IMG/VR virus record: IMGVR_UViG_3300042326_002445
Span: 124,001-188,000 of that record
Strand: one strand, 5' to 3'
Length of the DNA: 64,000 nt
In this document: in pieces, positions 32,243 through 41,709 of the stretch
How the letters are laid out: each line of letters begins with the position of its first letter
How positions within the stretch are numbered: the stretch's first letter is position 1
The notes under the pieces: generated by a model
Database searches by the model: none
Told to the model about the DNA's origin: nothing
What the model saw: the letters and a program-made list of their open reading frames with translations, nothing else
Program-made: the position numbers and the translations under genes

Positions 32243-32833
32243 ATGTCAAATATCTTTAGAATTGATCAATTTAAAAATTTTGATGCTCCCGTTGGTTCAG
32301 TAAAAATCATTGGGCCAGCTGCCTCTAGATCTATCCCAGTGAAAAAAACTGGTTATTCTATAAGATTAATGGATCTACTTCAGGCAATAGCATCTCAGCT
32401 GAAAGGTGCTTTTGCGGAAGCAAAGGTTCATACTATAGACACAAGCCCCATAGCTGATTCTAAAGTTCTTGGTTTGGCTAAAATTGACATACATGGAGAC
32501 GCTCATGGCTATGTTGATAGAGAATCTGGTAAAATTTATGTAGATGTTGAGAAGATAGTGAATCATGTAATGAATGGCATGTTTCCACCGAATGTTCAGC
32601 TTCCAAATGAGGGAGCATCTTTGGACCCTGATTTAAAAAAGTCTATAGCAAAAAAAGTTTATGAAGCGATAGCAAAACAGGTGGCAGATACAGTGGCTCA
32701 CGAAACTCATCATAAAAAAAGAACCATATTAGACATAAGAGAGGGCAAGCCGGTTGACTACAATCCAGAATCGGAAGCTGAATCAGCTGGAAAACAATTT
32801 GGACAAAGTTTTTCAGCACCTTCTCAGTTTTGA
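32243..32833 (+). CDS. hypothetical protein with HExxH zincin-like motif
   Basis: VAHETHH...ESEAE; SD GGAGG upstream. Confidence 0.6.
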   Translation: MSNIFRIDQFKNFDAPVGSVKIIGPAASRSIPVKKTGYSIRLMDLLQAIASQLKGAFAEAKVHTIDTSPIADSKVLGLAKIDIHGDAHGYVDRESGKIYVDVEKIVNHVMNGMFPPNVQLPNEGASLDPDLKKSIAKKVYEAIAKQVADTVAHETHHKKRTILDIREGKPVDYNPESEAESAGKQFGQSFSAPSQF

Positions 32834-32867
32834 TATCAGCTGACATCCACTCGGGATACTGTATTGT

Positions 32868-33416
32868 GTGTCCGAAGAAAACTTTGAAGCCTTACAAGAA
32901 AAAATAAGAAACTTTTCTAAGTACAGAGTTGCTTCAGAAAGAATATCTTGGCATAGATACTTTTTTGATCTTTGTTATCTTGTTTCTTCAAGATCTCCAG
33001 ATGCTCAGACTAGGCATGGTGCGGTAATCGTAGATAAAGAAAACAGAATTGTATCTACAGGGTACAACGGGTTCCCTTCAAATGGACCAGATGAAATTTT
33101 GCCAAATGTACGCCCAGAAAAGTATCCATACATAGTCCACGCAGAGATGAACGCGCTCCTTTCTGCTCGTTGCGATGTGCGTGGCTACTCGGTGTACATC
33201 ACTGGACTACCGTGTAGAAGTTGTCTTTTGCACCTGTTGGGAGCAGGAATCTCAAAAATCTTTGCTGGTTCTAGAACTTTTCAAGAAGATTCTGAATCCA
33301 TGATCGCAAAGGCAGTTCTGTGCGAGCTTTACGGAGTGTCAGTATACACTCAAGACAGTCAAGATCTAGATAAAATCGTGCCCTGGGACCACAAAAAGTG
33401 GCTTGAGGGTACTTGA
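32868..33416 (+). CDS. dCMP deaminase
   Basis: RHGAVIV...STGYNG...HAEMNA...PCRSC; GTG start. Confidence 0.9.
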   Translation: MSEENFEALQEKIRNFSKYRVASERISWHRYFFDLCYLVSSRSPDAQTRHGAVIVDKENRIVSTGYNGFPSNGPDEILPNVRPEKYPYIVHAEMNALLSARCDVRGYSVYITGLPCRSCLLHLLGAGISKIFAGSRTFQEDSESMIAKAVLCELYGVSVYTQDSQDLDKIVPWDHKKWLEGT

Positions 33417-33441
33417 CTTTAGCGGCACTATACAGTACAAT
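33413..33441 (+). promoter_or_regulatory. sigma70-type promoter TTGACT-N17-TACAAT upstream of the sigma factor gene
   Basis: -35 at 33413-33418, -10 at 33436-33441, 17-nt spacer; SD AAGGAGG at 33461. Confidence 0.75.
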
Positions 33442-33471
33442 GGTGTTTCGCCCCATCCACAAGGAGGATAT

Positions 33472-34317
33472 ATGGGTTCTGATAACGATAGGAAGTCGTT
33501 CTTGATTGAAAAAATGAAAAAAGACATCTCTACCATCAATACCTCTATTTTGTCCACCGAGGAGATGGTTGCTAGCTACGGAAGGCTTGTTGAGCGCACT
33601 TCGGATTCTTTGGTAAACCACAATACTTTAGATGTTTCTAACGTCAAGTGGTTCAGCGAAGAAGAAGAGAAAGAATTTTTCTCTCTGTACGGCAGTGTTC
33701 GGGCTGATTTTATCCAGAGTCAGCATCTTATTGATCCAGATAAGATGTTGGAAGATGTAATGCGTGTCCGTACAATCTTAATTTATCAGCACATGCCTAT
33801 GGTTCAAGCTTGGGTCAGCAAGCAGAAGAGGAATAGAAGTACAAATAGGCATCTTCTTACGATTGAAGACAAGCAAAGCGAAGGTCTGCGTGTTTTGGTC
33901 AATTGCATTGATAGATTTGACTGCAGCAAGCAGGCTAAGTTTCTTGGATATTTGTTCAGGGCTCTTGATAACATTATTCTGAAGGATGTACGTGACAATA
34001 AGAAAAGGCAAAAAGACCTTGAGATGGACCTCGTGGACGTTTCTTGTGTCAAGGAAGTTGCTCCCACCCTCTCTCCAGCACTTGTCGAGGTGAAGGATAT
34101 TTGGGATGGCTGCAATGGGGAAAACAACACCGCTTCTTTCCTTACTGATTTTGAGCGCTCTATCATTGTCCATGAGTTTGGAATGGAATTTGAGGATCTG
34201 TTACAGGACGAAAGGGCAAAATCTTTGAATATTAACTTGGCTACTTTTAGAAAGAAGCGCAAGAATGCTATTCAGAAGATCAAAGAAGCAATCTTTTCCC
34301 GTCTTAATCTCGACTAG
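33472..34317 (+). CDS. phage-encoded sigma70-family RNA polymerase sigma factor
   Basis: Region-2-like EDKQSEGLRVLVNCIDRFDCSKQAKFLGY and region-4-like LTDFERSIIVHEFG...AKSLNINLATFRKKRKNAIQKIK. Start reassigned to ATG 33472 behind AAGGAGG. Confidence 0.8.
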   Translation: MGSDNDRKSFLIEKMKKDISTINTSILSTEEMVASYGRLVERTSDSLVNHNTLDVSNVKWFSEEEEKEFFSLYGSVRADFIQSQHLIDPDKMLEDVMRVRTILIYQHMPMVQAWVSKQKRNRSTNRHLLTIEDKQSEGLRVLVNCIDRFDCSKQAKFLGYLFRALDNIILKDVRDNKKRQKDLEMDLVDVSCVKEVAPTLSPALVEVKDIWDGCNGENNTASFLTDFERSIIVHEFGMEFEDLLQDERAKSLNINLATFRKKRKNAIQKIKEAIFSRLNLD

Positions 34318-34765
34318 AGAGCAAGATCCTTATTACTTTAAAAGCAGTGATGTTCATGGATTAGGTGCTTTTGTAAAAAGGCATGTGAAACAAGATGAAA
34401 AAATAGGCAACTTTCTTCATCTGAAAAAGGATGAAAATTTAGGAAAAATTAACAGATTTGTTAGGGACGAACTGTGCCGGTTTATGAATCACAGAGAGAA
34501 CCCAAACGTCATTCTTGTAATCAATCCAAGTTTTGGATTAGAGGCTAAAGCTATACATAGATTACAAAAAGATGAGGAACTTTTTATCAATTATCAAGAT
34601 GCCTTTGATACATTGATGCAAAATTTCTTCCCTTTTATAATTGATGTTCCCGTTTTGATTAGGACAAAAGAGTTAAAAAACTACGGCAGTCCCATTAAGT
34701 CTGATGGTCTGCTAGACGAAATAAAGAAGATAAAAGATGGCTACTGGAGAAACATTCAGATTTAA
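34265..34765 (+). CDS. SET-domain protein (putative lysine methyltransferase)
   Basis: SDVHGLGAF, RFMNHRENPN, EELFINY. The start is uncertain because it overlaps the sigma gene. Confidence 0.8.
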   Translation: MLFRRSKKQSFPVLISTREQDPYYFKSSDVHGLGAFVKRHVKQDEKIGNFLHLKKDENLGKINRFVRDELCRFMNHRENPNVILVINPSFGLEAKAIHRLQKDEELFINYQDAFDTLMQNFFPFIIDVPVLIRTKELKNYGSPIKSDGLLDEIKKIKDGYWRNIQI

Positions 34766-35993
34766 AGACGTTATTTTTGATTGCAAGTTAGACTTAGTAA
34801 GTAAAAAAATTGTTTTTGTTTTATCAAAAATAGACAGCTACAAATACGCTTCAGTTGATATTCGTCTACACATTCCTAAAAGAAGTGTAGAAGATTGCGT
34901 TTCTGCAAATATCGATAGTTTAAGAATTTGCTATAGCAGAAATCCTACAGGCATATGCTTTTTGGTGAATGGCAATATTGTTAGAAGTCCTCACTCGATA
35001 GACAAGATAGTAACTTCTTTAAGTTTGTCTCTTGCAAACTGCTTTAAAGATATAAGTAATTATGAAAGTTTTAGAGAATTTTCACTGTCTTCAAGTCTTG
35101 TAGAAAAAAGATTTACAGACAGGATGACAAAGTGGTTTCATATTTGGTGTTCTAAAAAAATTAAGGAAAAGATATATAACTTTGTAGTTAAAAGCTGCAA
35201 TAGTTTATTGGGTTATTGCAATTTGGATGATTTAGAAAGGCAAAGATTTTTTACAAGCGCTTTTTCTGCTAGCAATTGGGATAATCTAATGTCTTCAGAA
35301 ACTATGGAGCTTGTTCATCATGTGAACATGCCATGTTCTGATGATTTTAAAAAGAATTTTGCATTACCAGTAAGCAGAAAATGTCTACTTGATGCTTGCT
35401 ATATAGATGGTCGTCTAATATTTAGGAAAAAAATTATTAGTAAATCTGAAAATTTTCATATAGCGTTAGGCGAAAAAGATGATCGTCATATGCTTGCTGA
35501 TTGCTATCAATATTATGATAACTGGAAATCTTATATGGTGATGAGTGATAATGAAAAGGACTTAGGCTTTATTGAACGCTGTATGCCTTTTATGAGAGAA
35601 AATTTTTCATATTGTTATATCAACCATTTTCAGTATGTACATCCTATGTCTAAAATAGACAGCCAGGCTGATTTCAGGACTGCACTATCTATCAGTTCTG
35701 CAATTGGAGACTTTTATCTTCGTTCACCATCATGCATAGATATTGTAGAACTGAGAGAAAAATTTAGACACATTTACGAGCAGTACTTGCTTGACAAAAG
35801 TGGAATGGTGTGTAAGATACACGATACCTACTTGGCACGAAACGTGTTTAGCGGTACCGTACAAGACATGAAAAAATCTCTCCCTGTCTATTCTGCTGCT
35901 TGGTCAAATTATCTGGAAGAAGAAATTTTCTTGAAGGATAAGCCTAAGAAAAACAGTATCAATATTTTAGATGAAGAGATGGAAATTTTCTGA
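34737..35993 (+). CDS. hypothetical protein
   Basis: 418-aa ORF; no motif recognised. Confidence 0.7.
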   Translation: MATGETFRFKDVIFDCKLDLVSKKIVFVLSKIDSYKYASVDIRLHIPKRSVEDCVSANIDSLRICYSRNPTGICFLVNGNIVRSPHSIDKIVTSLSLSLANCFKDISNYESFREFSLSSSLVEKRFTDRMTKWFHIWCSKKIKEKIYNFVVKSCNSLLGYCNLDDLERQRFFTSAFSASNWDNLMSSETMELVHHVNMPCSDDFKKNFALPVSRKCLLDACYIDGRLIFRKKIISKSENFHIALGEKDDRHMLADCYQYYDNWKSYMVMSDNEKDLGFIERCMPFMRENFSYCYINHFQYVHPMSKIDSQADFRTALSISSAIGDFYLRSPSCIDIVELREKFRHIYEQYLLDKSGMVCKIHDTYLARNVFSGTVQDMKKSLPVYSAAWSNYLEEEIFLKDKPKKNSINILDEEMEIF

Positions 35994-36033
35994 TCTTCTT
36001 CAAAAAACAAAACACATAAGCTATCTTACTCAA

Positions 36034-36924
36034 ATGAGAGTTTCGTCATATGCTCTTGCATCGCTGACAGCTCTCATTTTTTCATTTGGAGTTTCTTGTT
36101 CATCTGAATATACTTGCCACGATGCATGGAGCGAACAGGCAGGCAGTCGAAGAATTGTGGACTTGTCCGTTGCCATGCATCGTGGCGAGACGGTTTCTTT
36201 GAAAATTGATATCTACTTTGAAGTTGTAGTCTGTGAAATTAGAGACATTGATAAAAAGCTTATATTGTCAAGTCTTGATCCTGATTTGATTGACAAAGAG
36301 ATTGATCTATTGAGATCTTCTTTTGCTCCAATGAATGTTGATTTTTTTGTAAATGAAGTTCACCCATTAGTCGAAAAGATTTGCGTCAATAATGCATCAG
36401 ATATTGAAAAAGTGCTTTCTGAAAAAATCACTGAAGTAATGAATAGGGACGATGAAGCTTCTTGCGATCAGAAAGCAATGAATAATAAAAGATCTTGTAG
36501 TATTTTCTTCCAATTTTCGATTGGAAAAAATTACGCAGGCTTGAGCAAGATGCCCTATTGGGAAAATTGTCGTGGCATCCGAATCTGTGGGCCATCTATC
36601 CATGACTACTTGCTTGCACATGAAATGGGACATTATTTTGGCCTTCAACATACCTTCATGGAAGGAGGAGATAACATCCCAGACACTCCAAATGGACCCA
36701 TTCTTGAATCAAACATTGGAACATTAGAGGATCCTAACTTTCACAATATTATGACTTATTCTCCCAATGGGGTAGAAAGACATTTTACAAAAGATCAAAT
36801 GGAATATATGAGAAAATGCATCCTTGGATTCAGGTATGATGAAATGTACATGTACATTGACACAAATTGGAAAAATAAAAAAGTGTCTGAAATGGTAGAA
36901 GATGCAATCTTTAATATTAAGTAA
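36034..36924 (+). CDS. M43/pappalysin-like zinc metalloprotease, possibly exported or a lipoprotein
   Basis: AHEMGHYFGLQHTF, Met-turn NIMTYS, FTKDQ. From ATG 36034 the N-terminus is hydrophobic and ends ...FGVSC. Confidence 0.8.
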   Translation: MRVSSYALASLTALIFSFGVSCSSEYTCHDAWSEQAGSRRIVDLSVAMHRGETVSLKIDIYFEVVVCEIRDIDKKLILSSLDPDLIDKEIDLLRSSFAPMNVDFFVNEVHPLVEKICVNNASDIEKVLSEKITEVMNRDDEASCDQKAMNNKRSCSIFFQFSIGKNYAGLSKMPYWENCRGIRICGPSIHDYLLAHEMGHYFGLQHTFMEGGDNIPDTPNGPILESNIGTLEDPNFHNIMTYSPNGVERHFTKDQMEYMRKCILGFRYDEMYMYIDTNWKNKKVSEMVEDAIFNIK

Positions 36925-37609
36925 CAATAGGCTTTGTCTTTGCAATAAACTCTATGCACGTATCCATGATAGATTTATGGTTTTCTTTGCTAAGACAAAA
37001 TGCTCTTGAAGAGCTTGCAAACATACCAGCATTTTTAGTATCCATAAACATTATGATTTGATTGTTGTTTTTTTGAGAAGAATTTATAAGCGCTTTGATG
37101 TACTCCTGTGTTTCTGACTCGTTGAGTCCACGGCAGCAATTATCAATTAGCAAGCAGCAATTTTGTATGGTAGAATCATGCAGGTCTGCAAGAGGTATTG
37201 CAGCGCTTGTTGCTATCTCTCCAAAATAAAGGTCTTGATCAACCACATTGTGTCTTTCTCCTGGGTAGTACAATATGGCATTTTTAATAACTTTTTCTAT
37301 AGATATCTTAGATTGAATGGCAATTTTATTGGTTAATTTGGATGGCAAGCCAAAAGATATTGGTTGCATATCATAAAAATTGCCCTCTACACTTATGTGT
37401 CTATCCAGTGTTGATTTTAAAATGCCATTTTCCCCATGGAACAGATTCATCTGCCATGCGTCGGACAGTAATTTTGATAAATAAGTTTTACCTGAATTGT
37501 GATCTCCATAAATAGCAAATTCGTTATATGGATTTCCGTCTGGTTTACTTAAATTTATGAATATATTTTTACCGTCTCGGTCTTTAAATTCAATTTTACT
37601 TATCTTCAT
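36917..37609 (-). CDS. P-loop NTPase (ABC/SMC-like, degenerate)
   Basis: Walker A GDHNSGKT after a beta strand; Walker B-like LLIDN. Confidence 0.6.
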   Translation of the reverse strand: MKISKIEFKDRDGKNIFINLSKPDGNPYNEFAIYGDHNSGKTYLSKLLSDAWQMNLFHGENGILKSTLDRHISVEGNFYDMQPISFGLPSKLTNKIAIQSKISIEKVIKNAILYYPGERHNVVDQDLYFGEIATSAAIPLADLHDSTIQNCCLLIDNCCRGLNESETQEYIKALINSSQKNNNQIIMFMDTKNAGMFASSSRAFCLSKENHKSIMDTCIEFIAKTKPIVT

Positions 37610-37985
37610 GGACTATGTGATTGCTTGGAACTACAACAACCATCTTTTTGAGGCTGTGTGGTTCTTTTGTCGTCACAATTCTTGTTTTCATTCCACTATC
37701 ATCTTGCTTTTGAGAAACACCGTCAACAATGTTTCCACAAAAGTTCATCTTAACTCTGTTTAAGATGTCTTCTTTTTTATTTTGTACTTTGAAAACTTTT
37801 CTTATATTTGCTGGAAAGATGTTATGGCTTTTTTCACTCTTGTCTTTGATTACAAGTATGTAGCCTTTAGTAGGGCTTGGGGCTATAGCTTGAAAGATTC
37901 CGGTCACAAAGTTGCCAAGTTCTGTTAAACCAGATATGTGCTTGTCTTTAAAGCCGTTTTCCAAACCTTTAAGGTACCAATTCAT
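37596..37985 (-). CDS. hypothetical protein with MNWY N-terminus
   Basis: 129-aa ORF starting MNWYLKG. Confidence 0.7.
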   Translation of the reverse strand: MNWYLKGLENGFKDKHISGLTELGNFVTGIFQAIAPSPTKGYILVIKDKSEKSHNIFPANIRKVFKVQNKKEDILNRVKMNFCGNIVDGVSQKQDDSGMKTRIVTTKEPHSLKKMVVVVPSNHIVHEDK

Positions 37986-38045
37986 GATTAATCATTCTTT
38001 CTATATTTTGTCGGATATGAGTGTCCTCATGGATATATATACAAG

Positions 38046-38543
38046 ATGGAAGAATTTTTTCCTATGAAAAAAAGACTGACTGAAATTGCCGTAAATTTAA
38101 TGAACGCGCATTTTTCATCCATGATCCAAATGGATGGGCAGAAAAAGCATTGCAGCGCTATAGTCTACGACGGAGATGTCATAGCTGTTGGCTTTAACAG
38201 ATACAGAACAAGTCAAATAGCATTTGAGTTTGGATATCAGTATGGCGAATATCACGCAGAACTGGACGCCTTAATCCAAGTGCATCACTTTATTAGAGAT
38301 TTGGAGTACGATAAACTTTCTCTTGTTAACTTTAGGATTAACAGGTTTGCCAATATAGGCATTTCTAGGCCATGCTGTAAGTGCATGAAATGGGCAGATG
38401 GAGTATTCGGAACAATGGTATATACAGATGCTCATGGAGGTTTGGTTATGGAAAATAAAATGTCAAAAGAGCATTCTGTAATTCTCGATTCAGTTCAGTT
38501 GAGAAGAGAGCTTGGATGGAAGGATGGTGTATGTCATGCTTAA
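38046..38543 (+). CDS. cytidine/deoxycytidylate deaminase-fold protein (second deaminase)
   Basis: HCSAIV...AVGFN...HAELDAL...RPCCKCM. Confidence 0.8.
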   Translation: MEEFFPMKKRLTEIAVNLMNAHFSSMIQMDGQKKHCSAIVYDGDVIAVGFNRYRTSQIAFEFGYQYGEYHAELDALIQVHHFIRDLEYDKLSLVNFRINRFANIGISRPCCKCMKWADGVFGTMVYTDAHGGLVMENKMSKEHSVILDSVQLRRELGWKDGVCHA

Positions 38544-39324
38544 GGAAAGAAAAAACAAATACGCATCTATGGTGTTTTCTCGTTCTGGGATTTGCAGCGA
38601 TTTTGTCTCATGCTTCTCCAATAAAGAAAGCAATATTCTTTTGGCGTGCAGTGGTGGCCCAGATAGCGCTGCTATGATGGGAATTTCGAGAGTTTTACTT
38701 AATAGAGGCCTTGTTAAAAAGGTTGAGGTCGTTCATGTAAACCACAACCTTAGAGAAGAGGCTTTGAATGATGCTGAGATGTGCGAGTCTCAAGCAGACA
38801 TGTTTGATTTGCCATTTTTTTACTATGATATTTATCCTGGGCTTTTTGAAAAAAACACATATGAAGCTGGTAGAGAATTAAGATACCAGATCCTTCAGCA
38901 CCATGCCCTCAAACATCATAGCGATGTGATCATGACGGCGCATCATGCAGACGACATTGCCGAAACCGTTATGATGCATTTGGCAAGAGGATGTGGCATC
39001 AACGGTCTTTGTGGTGTCAGAGAAAGAAACTCTTCATTTGGACATGTTGATGTTGTAAGACCACTACTTAAGGTCAGAAAGAAAAAATTAGAAGAATTGT
39101 GCAATAAGGCTAATGTCCCTTATTGTATTGATAAATCTAACTTCAATACAGAAAAGTCAAGAGCATATGTTAGGCACTCTGTAATTCCAGTTCTTGAAAA
39201 ATTAAACCCAGCTTTTGTTGAACATGTTGTTAAAACAGCAATGTTCATGCAAGACATTGTCGAGAAAGAATCATATGGGAAAAACAATAGAACCAAAAAG
39301 CATACTTCCAGTATTGACGGCTAA
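38536..39324 (+). CDS. tilS: tRNA(Ile)-lysidine synthetase, catalytic domain only
   Basis: PP-loop SGGPDS, HVNHNLR, RELRY, TAHHADDIAET, RPLL, DKSN, R.YVRH.VIP. About 262 aa, with no C-terminal tRNA-binding domains. Confidence 0.9.
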   Translation: MLKERKNKYASMVFSRSGICSDFVSCFSNKESNILLACSGGPDSAAMMGISRVLLNRGLVKKVEVVHVNHNLREEALNDAEMCESQADMFDLPFFYYDIYPGLFEKNTYEAGRELRYQILQHHALKHHSDVIMTAHHADDIAETVMMHLARGCGINGLCGVRERNSSFGHVDVVRPLLKVRKKKLEELCNKANVPYCIDKSNFNTEKSRAYVRHSVIPVLEKLNPAFVEHVVKTAMFMQDIVEKESYGKNNRTKKHTSSIDG

Positions 39325-39337
39325 TCAGGAGCAGATT

Positions 39338-40387
39338 ATGCATAATAAATTTGAGCCAGATGTAAAACTTGATTTTTGTGATGTACTAATTTTGCCAAAA
39401 TCTACTTCTGTAAGTAGCAGAAAAGAAGTCAATCTTGAAGTTCCATTGAACTTCAGAAAAGCCGGTTTTTCTTTACCATGCGTTCCTGTGTGTGCATCCA
39501 ATATGGACGGAGTGGGAACCATTTCGATGGGCAACAAGTTGGCATCATACAAAATGATAACAACTTTAACAAAGTATACAACAGCTGGCGTTTTTGAGAA
39601 AGAAGACTATAAAAAATCAGATTACGTTTTTGGAACGTTTGGGTTAGATGATTACAGCAAATCTCTTATCCTCAACGAAAATATAGAAAATTACTTTTCT
39701 ACTATTTGCCTTGATGTCGCAAATGGTTATATGGGCAAATTTTTAGATTTTGTTAGTCTCGTTAGGGAGCGTTGGCCGCACATTGGTATACTCGCTGGCA
39801 ATGTTGTCACCCCAGAGGGAGTTATCGATACCGCTCGTGCTGGTGCTGACTTTGTCAAAGTTGGCATAGGAAGTGGCTCAGTGTGCACAACACGGCGCGT
39901 TGCTGGCATAGGTTATCCTCAACTTTCAGCTCTTTTAGATTGTCGGATTGCTGCTGAGGAAAGTGAATGCGGCATAGTTAGTGACGGCGGATGTGTTCAT
40001 CCAGGGGACGTGTCTAAGGCTTTTGCCGCTGGCGCTGAGATCGTTCTGCTTGGTGGGATGCTCGCTGGTCATGACGAGGGCGCAGACGATGCAGTGGTCA
40101 TTGACGATGGAGAAAAGAGAAGATTTATTTTCTCAGGATCTTCTTCTTCACGTGCTTTAAAAAAGATAGGAAATAATTCTAAGTACAGAACTTCGGAAGG
40201 AAGAGTTGTGCTTATGGAAGCTAAGGGTTCAGTTGAAGAAACTGTAAATCACATTTTGGGAGGCTTGCGTTCAACTTGTTCTTACACAAACTGTTTTGAT
40301 CTTAAAGATTTGTATATGAATTCGAAATTCATTCGTGTCAATAGACAACTTAATGAGTACTTCGAACATCACACAATAGGTGTTTAA
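39338..40387 (+). CDS. guaC: GMP reductase
   Basis: [62 protein letters not shown] lies 6 nt before ATG 39338, giving 349 aa. Confidence 0.92.
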   Translation: MHNKFEPDVKLDFCDVLILPKSTSVSSRKEVNLEVPLNFRKAGFSLPCVPVCASNMDGVGTISMGNKLASYKMITTLTKYTTAGVFEKEDYKKSDYVFGTFGLDDYSKSLILNENIENYFSTICLDVANGYMGKFLDFVSLVRERWPHIGILAGNVVTPEGVIDTARAGADFVKVGIGSGSVCTTRRVAGIGYPQLSALLDCRIAAEESECGIVSDGGCVHPGDVSKAFAAGAEIVLLGGMLAGHDEGADDAVVIDDGEKRRFIFSGSSSSRALKKIGNNSKYRTSEGRVVLMEAKGSVEETVNHILGGLRSTCSYTNCFDLKDLYMNSKFIRVNRQLNEYFEHHTIGV

Positions 40388-40487
40388 AGTGTCTACCTGT
40401 TTTGTGGTCACTCGTCTTACGCAAGGGATATATATAGGTGTGAAGCGTACTTTGTATGTCGCCTAAATTATCAAAAGGAGAAAAGAT

Positions 40488-40835
40488 ATGGAAGAAAGAG
40501 AAAAAGTAACGAATGGCGACATTGAGTTTGCCATGTTTTTAGCTGATAGTGAAGACGTAAAAGAGCAGAAAAAAGAATTTCTTTTGCCAGGAAACATCTT
40601 TAAGATTTATGTTGAAACTTCTTATAACGATGATGAAGAGGGAGAAGAATTAGAAATCATTTACAATGTTTACACATGTGTAGATGGCATGTATTTTCCA
40701 ATTGGCGTTTTCAAGAGTAAAAAAGAAGCTTTAAAATTTGCAAGAAATTCATGCATTCAGCTCGAGAAGACGTTAAAGCAGAGAATGATTGATTGTGTCT
40801 CCAATCCCCCAAAGAAGGAAAAAGACTATGAATAA
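40488..40835 (+). CDS. acidic hypothetical protein
   Basis: SD AAAAGGAG; 115 aa, D/E-rich. Confidence 0.7.
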   Translation: MEEREKVTNGDIEFAMFLADSEDVKEQKKEFLLPGNIFKIYVETSYNDDEEGEELEIIYNVYTCVDGMYFPIGVFKSKKEALKFARNSCIQLEKTLKQRMIDCVSNPPKKEKDYE

Positions 40836-40992
40836 GACCGGAAGAAGAATGCTTAAAGTTAAGAAGAAGCGTAAGGAAAGAATCAAGGCAAAGCGCCAGC
40901 AGGCAATTACGCAGGCTCAGATGGAGAAAGAAGCAAGATCGCGTCGCCGCAAGGGGCTGACCAGTCAGTCTGGCAAGTCTGCGACAGGATGA
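40828..40992 (+). CDS. small very basic protein (54 aa)
   Basis: MNKTGRRMLKVKKKRKERIKAKRQQ...; the ATG overlaps the previous gene end and has AAGGAA upstream. Confidence 0.6.
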   Translation: MNKTGRRMLKVKKKRKERIKAKRQQAITQAQMEKEARSRRRKGLTSQSGKSATG

Positions 40993-41441
40993 ATAGCTGA
41001 TTGTGGTATAAACCATGCTTTTGGCCTCTCGTTATATGTCTTCATCTCATGAGCATATCTCTCTGAGCCTTTAAGCCAGCCAGCAATCCTGTATTTACAG
41101 CCGCTCCCGACTACAAGAACATATATCTTGTGGTCGGGATCGTCTTTTCTAAGTATTAAATCAAAATGATCTTCTCTTGCGGTTCTTACTTCGTATTTTT
41201 TAACGTCTGGAGATGACTTAAAAGTATTAGCTGTAAGCTTATCCTCAACGCCCAAAAACTTTTTAAAAGCGACTTCTCCTCTAGCTCCTAAAAGATGATA
41301 ATCTAAGTTTTTTAAACTAGAAGCACCGTGCTTATCGTGGAGCCCAAGTTCTTTAACTCCTTCCATTCTTTTTTCAGCTATCTGACAAGCTTCTTGTAGG
41401 TCTTTTAGGTTCAAAACTACAGTATTTTCTTCTTTACCCAC
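40965..41441 (-). CDS. hypothetical phage protein, possible PD-(D/E)xK-like fold
   Basis: GARGEVAF...PDVKKYEVRT; GTG start with AGGAG SD. Confidence 0.55.
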   Translation of the reverse strand: MGKEENTVVLNLKDLQEACQIAEKRMEGVKELGLHDKHGASSLKNLDYHLLGARGEVAFKKFLGVEDKLTANTFKSSPDVKKYEVRTAREDHFDLILRKDDPDHKIYVLVVGSGCKYRIAGWLKGSERYAHEMKTYNERPKAWFIPQSAIHPVADLPD

Positions 41442-41469
41442 TTGACACTCCTATCGTACACGCTATGAT
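41442..41469 (+). promoter_or_regulatory. sigma70-type promoter TTGACA-N16-TATGAT, predicted leaderless transcript
   Basis: -35 at 41442-41447, -10 at 41464-41469; ATG at 41476 with no SD. Confidence 0.7.
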
Positions 41470-41475
41470 ACTGGC

Positions 41476-41709
41476 ATGAATCAGCTAGAGTCAATGCGTA
41501 AGATGTTATCGACAAAGTCTCAGGTCTGGGTGCGCTACAATCCAAAAGGAAGGGCTCCCCATCAGTCTAGGGCTAGGCTGCTTGAGCTACATGATTCTTA
41601 TGCTTTGGTAAAACCAATCAAGCACGGAGGTCGTGTAGAAAAAGTGCCACTAAATACGATAAAGCTATGGCATAGTATGAATAATAAAATGAACAGTTTA
41701 AATGCGTAG
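41476..41709 (+). CDS. hypothetical protein
   Basis: 77-aa ORF directly behind the promoter. Confidence 0.65.
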   Translation: MNQLESMRKMLSTKSQVWVRYNPKGRAPHQSRARLLELHDSYALVKPIKHGGRVEKVPLNTIKLWHSMNNKMNSLNA

